NCBI GenBank assembly: GCA_038219375.1
Contig: JBBRJL010000001.1
Span: 1-30,366, forward strand
Source of the DNA: Chitinophagales bacterium
GTDB taxonomy: Bacteria > Bacteroidota > Bacteroidia > Chitinophagales > Saprospiraceae
DNA: 30,366 bases
Reading direction: 5' to 3'
Position 1 is the first letter of the stretch, and each line of letters opens with the position of its first letter. This document shows positions 27,173 to 30,366 of the stretch, piece by piece. Position numbers and translations under genes: made by a program. The notes under the pieces were generated by a model that ran no database searches, was not told the DNA's origin, and saw nothing but the letters and a program-made list of their open reading frames with translations.

Positions 27173-29311
27173 TTACCTTATTAGTGTAAGATCACCAGAA
27201 TAATTAATGGTATCATCGTCTATAAATCTCACTAAAGCGCGCCAAGCGAATATCCCAGGATTCATAGGTTTACCATTGAATGAACCATCCCAACCATTTT
27301 GCTGATCATTGATAATAAGCTTACCGTTTGCATTTGGTATCCTGATATCCTTACCTTGATAAACGAGATTGCCCCATCTATCATAGACTTCTAGGAGTTC
27401 GACATATTTTACGCCACGATTGCCCCATACATTAAAGAAATTATTGAATAGGTCTTCATCTGGTTTAAAAATATTAGGCGCATGAAGTTCATAATTTTTG
27501 TTGACCCTGATGGTTACCATATCTTCTTCCGTACATCCGTTTTCATCAGTGACGGTAAAGGTATATGTCGTAGTTGTCTTCGGAAAAACTTCGGGATTTT
27601 CTATCCCATTTATTTCAAAATCTGCTGCGGGCGTCCACAATAAAGTATCAACTCCATTGAATGAAACGTATGACCCATTTAGGAAAATGGTTTCGCCAAG
27701 TTCTATTTCTTGATCTGCACCGGCGTCTACGACTATTGGTGGTGGTTCATTGATGATTCGTTCGATAAGTTGCGTACAGCCCTTTATATCCTGAACACTC
27801 AATATATAAGTACCCACATCGAGATTGCCAAAAAGTGGATTCGGCTGGAAAGGGCCGCCATTAAGGCTAAATAAGTATTCAGGAGCGCCTCGCTCTCCGC
27901 TGGCAAGAATCTGGCCCTCTGGTATATTAAAACAACGTAAGTCAATTACTGCTGCATCCAAAGCCAAAGTGCTCGTGTCTTTACAACATGGGTCAACAAA
28001 AAAGTCTACTATTTTTGTGACGGTACACCCTCTACTACTTTCTACGGTCAGTGCAGCTATTTTATTGCCGAATGATTCGTAAAGCACATCATAAGGACCA
28101 AAACCAGTAGCCCTATTGGGTACCGATCGGTCTCCAAAGTTCCAACTATAACTAATAATAGGATCAGTCTCAGATTCTGATGTATTTGTAAATTGAATGG
28201 TTTTGTCACATTCAAATGCGTTGTTTGCATTGATTTCAAAATTAGGTATTGGGCCAAGGAAAGTACCTGTACCGCCGAATTCGATACCAAAACCTAGACC
28301 TGATCTGCTAAAGTTATTGATGATCAAAACATATGATTTTCCCGTCTCCATATTAAGGGCGGATACAAAATTATTGTTTCCAGGTTGGCATCCTGGCGAT
28401 TCGGTAATGTCAGGATCACCTATCATGAGACCTGTGGGACCGTTGCACGCTCGCCAAGATGGTAGAGGGTCAGTGGCACCGCCAGTACCATTGGCTCCTG
28501 AAGCCATACAACGCAACAATACTTTGCCAGCACAATTGTCTATGCCATTGGGCAGTTCATACACTGCAAAATCAAGGTCGTCAGATATGGAGTTTGGTCC
28601 TCTGAAGTTATTTGGTGTCAATGTAAATGATAGGGGTCCTGGCTCGTCACAAGTCCATTTATACCATGAAGACGCAAACTCTTCTCCGATGCAGTTATTA
28701 GCATCTATTTCATTTCTGTCGTCACCAATGCTAGTAAGGCTCGCTACATTAAAGGCAGATTTATCACAAAGTATAACAGCATCCTTGCAATCAGATTCAG
28801 GAGAAGGGGTAGGTATGAAATCATTTATACATAATTTGAATGTGCCTTCCCCACCTAACGAAGATTCTATCATGATAAAATAAGTCTGACCTATACTAAG
28901 GTCTGAAACGACCAATTCATCTAAACCTATTTCTTTTCCGGGTGAACATTGTAAATAGTCATTACACTTTTCGAAGAGTATTATTTTAGGATTTCTTAAC
29001 GTACCTCCTTGGCCTGAGCCGAATACCCTAATTAGTACAGCAGGTTCTCGTGGTACAAAACTAAACCATACCCCATTGGCCCATTGGAGAGATACACAGC
29101 CGTTAGGGAATACTGGATCTGAAGTCGCCCCAACATTCGTAAACTGAGCATCATCGGAACAATAATTGTCGGAACTTGGCAGAGAAGTAGCAAATCTACA
29201 TTCGTCATTAAGTACCTGTCCTGTTGCAAAATAAGCAGTTAATGACAAGATAACCGATAATAAGGTTGTCCTATATGTTGCTCTGATTATGTAGTGGCTC
29301 ATTGATTTCAT
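27173..29311 (-). CDS. Secreted Cys-rich surface protein with PKD domain, SprB-like repeat and T9SS type-B (gliding motility-associated, CHU_C-like) CTD
   Basis: Signal peptide ending ATG/Q32; IQFTNTS...YSWNFGD (PKD); CF...G.I.ASG.RG..EY.FSLNG...L..GTY...V.D.KGC (SprB-like); PNIFKPD...N..F...YDRWG..VY...GWDG.FNG...G.....V...G..TLIR (type-B CTD); 21 Cys counted. Confidence 0.88.
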   Translation of the reverse strand: MKSMSHYIIRATYRTTLLSVILSLTAYFATGQVLNDECRFATSLPSSDNYCSDDAQFTNVGATSDPVFPNGCVSLQWANGVWFSFVPREPAVLIRVFGSGQGGTLRNPKIILFEKCNDYLQCSPGKEIGLDELVVSDLSIGQTYFIMIESSLGGEGTFKLCINDFIPTPSPESDCKDAVILCDKSAFNVASLTSIGDDRNEIDANNCIGEEFASSWYKWTCDEPGPLSFTLTPNNFRGPNSISDDLDFAVYELPNGIDNCAGKVLLRCMASGANGTGGATDPLPSWRACNGPTGLMIGDPDITESPGCQPGNNNFVSALNMETGKSYVLIINNFSRSGLGFGIEFGGTGTFLGPIPNFEINANNAFECDKTIQFTNTSESETDPIISYSWNFGDRSVPNRATGFGPYDVLYESFGNKIAALTVESSRGCTVTKIVDFFVDPCCKDTSTLALDAAVIDLRCFNIPEGQILASGERGAPEYLFSLNGGPFQPNPLFGNLDVGTYILSVQDIKGCTQLIERIINEPPPIVVDAGADQEIELGETIFLNGSYVSFNGVDTLLWTPAADFEINGIENPEVFPKTTTTYTFTVTDENGCTEEDMVTIRVNKNYELHAPNIFKPDEDLFNNFFNVWGNRGVKYVELLEVYDRWGNLVYQGKDIRIPNANGKLIINDQQNGWDGSFNGKPMNPGIFAWRALVRFIDDDTINYSGDLTLIR

Positions 29312-29503
29312 TTTTTCTCTTTACATTTTAGAATTTTAGTTGAAAACACATCAGTGCTTAATTCTCTATTGAAAATTTTTCTGGATAAAACTGCGCATGT
29401 GTTTTTGTCTATTATCGCTATCATTGTTGTATTAACGCAATATTGCTATAAACTGTTGACTGATTATTTTAGTAAGACGCTTTCAGTTTATAAATTGCAC
29501 CGA

Positions 29504-29511
29504 CAAAAATA
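29504..29511 (-). promoter_or_regulatory. Candidate -7 element for the T9SS cargo-lptC-CNNM unit
   Basis: TATTTTTG on the minus strand (CAAAAATA on plus), about 190 nt upstream of ATG 29311. Confidence 0.4.
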
Positions 29512-29537
29512 CAATTTTAACGTTAATTTAATGTTTT

Positions 29538-29570
29538 TTTGCACTTCTAAAAGGTATATGATTACTTTTG
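29538..29570 (+). promoter_or_regulatory. Consensus -33/-7 promoter upstream of rsmI
   Basis: TTTG (29538-29541), 21 nt, TACTTTTG(CA) (29563-29570). Confidence 0.65.
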
Positions 29571-29665
29571 CAGGACATTTATAGCCTGAAGAATTTGATT
29601 TAAAGGGAAATTAGCTTTTGCGACAACAGAAATTTTGGGTCAAAATTGATAATATTTCACAAATG

Positions 29666-29691
29666 AATTTACTTTATACTTAAAGTAAATT
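29666..29691. promoter_or_regulatory. Perfect 11-bp inverted repeat in the rsmI leader
   Basis: AATTTACTTTA-TACT-TAAAGTAAATT. Confidence 0.4.
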
Positions 29692-29766
29692 TAAATTTTT
29701 AGCGATTTAATTTCTCTTGACTGTAAGTACAATCAAAGGTATTCTAAAAATTAGTAATAAATTATC

Positions 29767-30366
29767 ATGTTGTATTTAGTTCCGACTCCAATAGGCAATC
29801 TTGAAGATATGACATTCAGAGCGATCAGTGTGCTCAAAGATTGTGATGTGATTCTATCTGAGGATACCCGTACAAGTGGAAAACTACTCAAACACTTTAA
29901 CATTGACAAACCTTTGTGGTCTTTTCATGCGCACAACGAACACAGGGCTTTAAAAAACATCATGGATCACTTACAGCAAGGTAAAAAAATGGCTTTAATC
30001 TCGGATGCAGGTACGCCTGGCATCTCTGACCCTGGTTATTTGTTGGTAAGAGAATGTCAAACCCATGATATCAAGGTCTCATGTTTGCCCGGTGCCACAG
30101 CGTTTGTTCCAGCTTTGGTATCTTCCGGAATGACAACAGATAAGTTCTACTTTGAAGGTTTTCTTCCCCATAAGAAAGGTAGGCAGACAAGATGGAAATA
30201 TTTATCTCAACTAGATGTCACAATCATCCTTTATGAATCGCCTCATAGGCTCATGAAATGTCTAGAAGAGGTGAAAGAGTTTTTGGGAGAAGACAGACGT
30301 GTATGTGTGGCACGTGAGATCAGTAAAGTATTTGAAGAGTTCAATGCGCTTTCAGTGGTCGATGCC
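29767..30366 (+). CDS. rsmI: 16S rRNA (cytidine1402-2'-O)-methyltransferase, partial (runs off window; not in ORF track)
   Basis: Hand translation MLYLVPTPIGNLEDMTFRA...EDTRTSGKLL...ISDAGTPGISDPG...PGATA...FYFEGFLPHKKGR...YESPHRL...AREISK; 200 codons open. Confidence 0.97.
   Translation, partial: MLYLVPTPIGNLEDMTFRAISVLKDCDVILSEDTRTSGKLLKHFNIDKPLWSFHAHNEHRALKNIMDHLQQGKKMALISDAGTPGISDPGYLLVRECQTHDIKVSCLPGATAFVPALVSSGMTTDKFYFEGFLPHKKGRQTRWKYLSQLDVTIILYESPHRLMKCLEEVKEFLGEDRRVCVAREISKVFEEFNALSVVDA

Noticed and set aside
28197-28883. 228-aa antisense ORF inside the T9SS cargo gene
   Set aside because: It is a Pro/Ser/Leu-rich shadow frame of Gly-rich sense codons. Stops in that frame require Tyr/His/Gln codons after particular third bases, which are scarce there. 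It has no recognisable motifs.
29354-29584. 76-aa GTG-start ORF with a hydrophobic stretch in the divergent intergenic region
   Set aside because: Its composition is as expected for translated AT-rich non-coding DNA. It runs through both candidate promoters and has no upstream plus-strand promoter. Ribo-seq would be needed to revive it.
29312-29766. Possible oriC (AT-rich, many inverted repeats)
   Set aside because: I found only one 1-mismatch DnaA-box-like 9-mer (TCTGGATAA, 29380-29388) and no box cluster.

Overview
AT-rich chromosomal DNA from a Bacteroidota bacterium. The evidence is TAnnTTTG promoters, start sites without Shine-Dalgarno motifs and T9SS cargo genes; the L24/L29 extensions and ISC genes suggest a Saprospiraceae/Chitinophagia-like lineage (inference). 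Positions 474-18926 hold the core str-S10-spc-alpha ribosomal supercluster (rpsL to rplQ, with fusA, secY, map, infA and rpoA, and without tuf or adk). rpmD and rpmJ are present but missing from the ORF track. Next comes a carA-eno-ftsB-sucD operon, which converges at a bidirectional terminator on a minimal iscS-iscU-iscA operon. A minus-strand run of T9SS type-B cargo, lptC and a CNNM/CBS (hemolysin-family) gene follows, then a divergent partial rsmI. The window opens with the 3' end of a T9SS type-A CTD gene. I found no mobile element, CRISPR array, tRNA/rRNA or clearly new multi-gene system; most of the window is housekeeping. The best leads are non-coding: (1) a two-hairpin element with pseudoknot topology in the rpoA-rplQ spacer (candidate ribosomal leader); (2) a degenerate C-rich hexamer array next to the sucD/iscA terminator; (3) an internal promoter splitting the S10 operon after an RGG-tailed S3; (4) a terminator-like hairpin between rpsD and rpoA; (5) an inverted-repeat-rich divergent control region at 29312-29766. 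All structures were read by eye; nothing was computed or searched.
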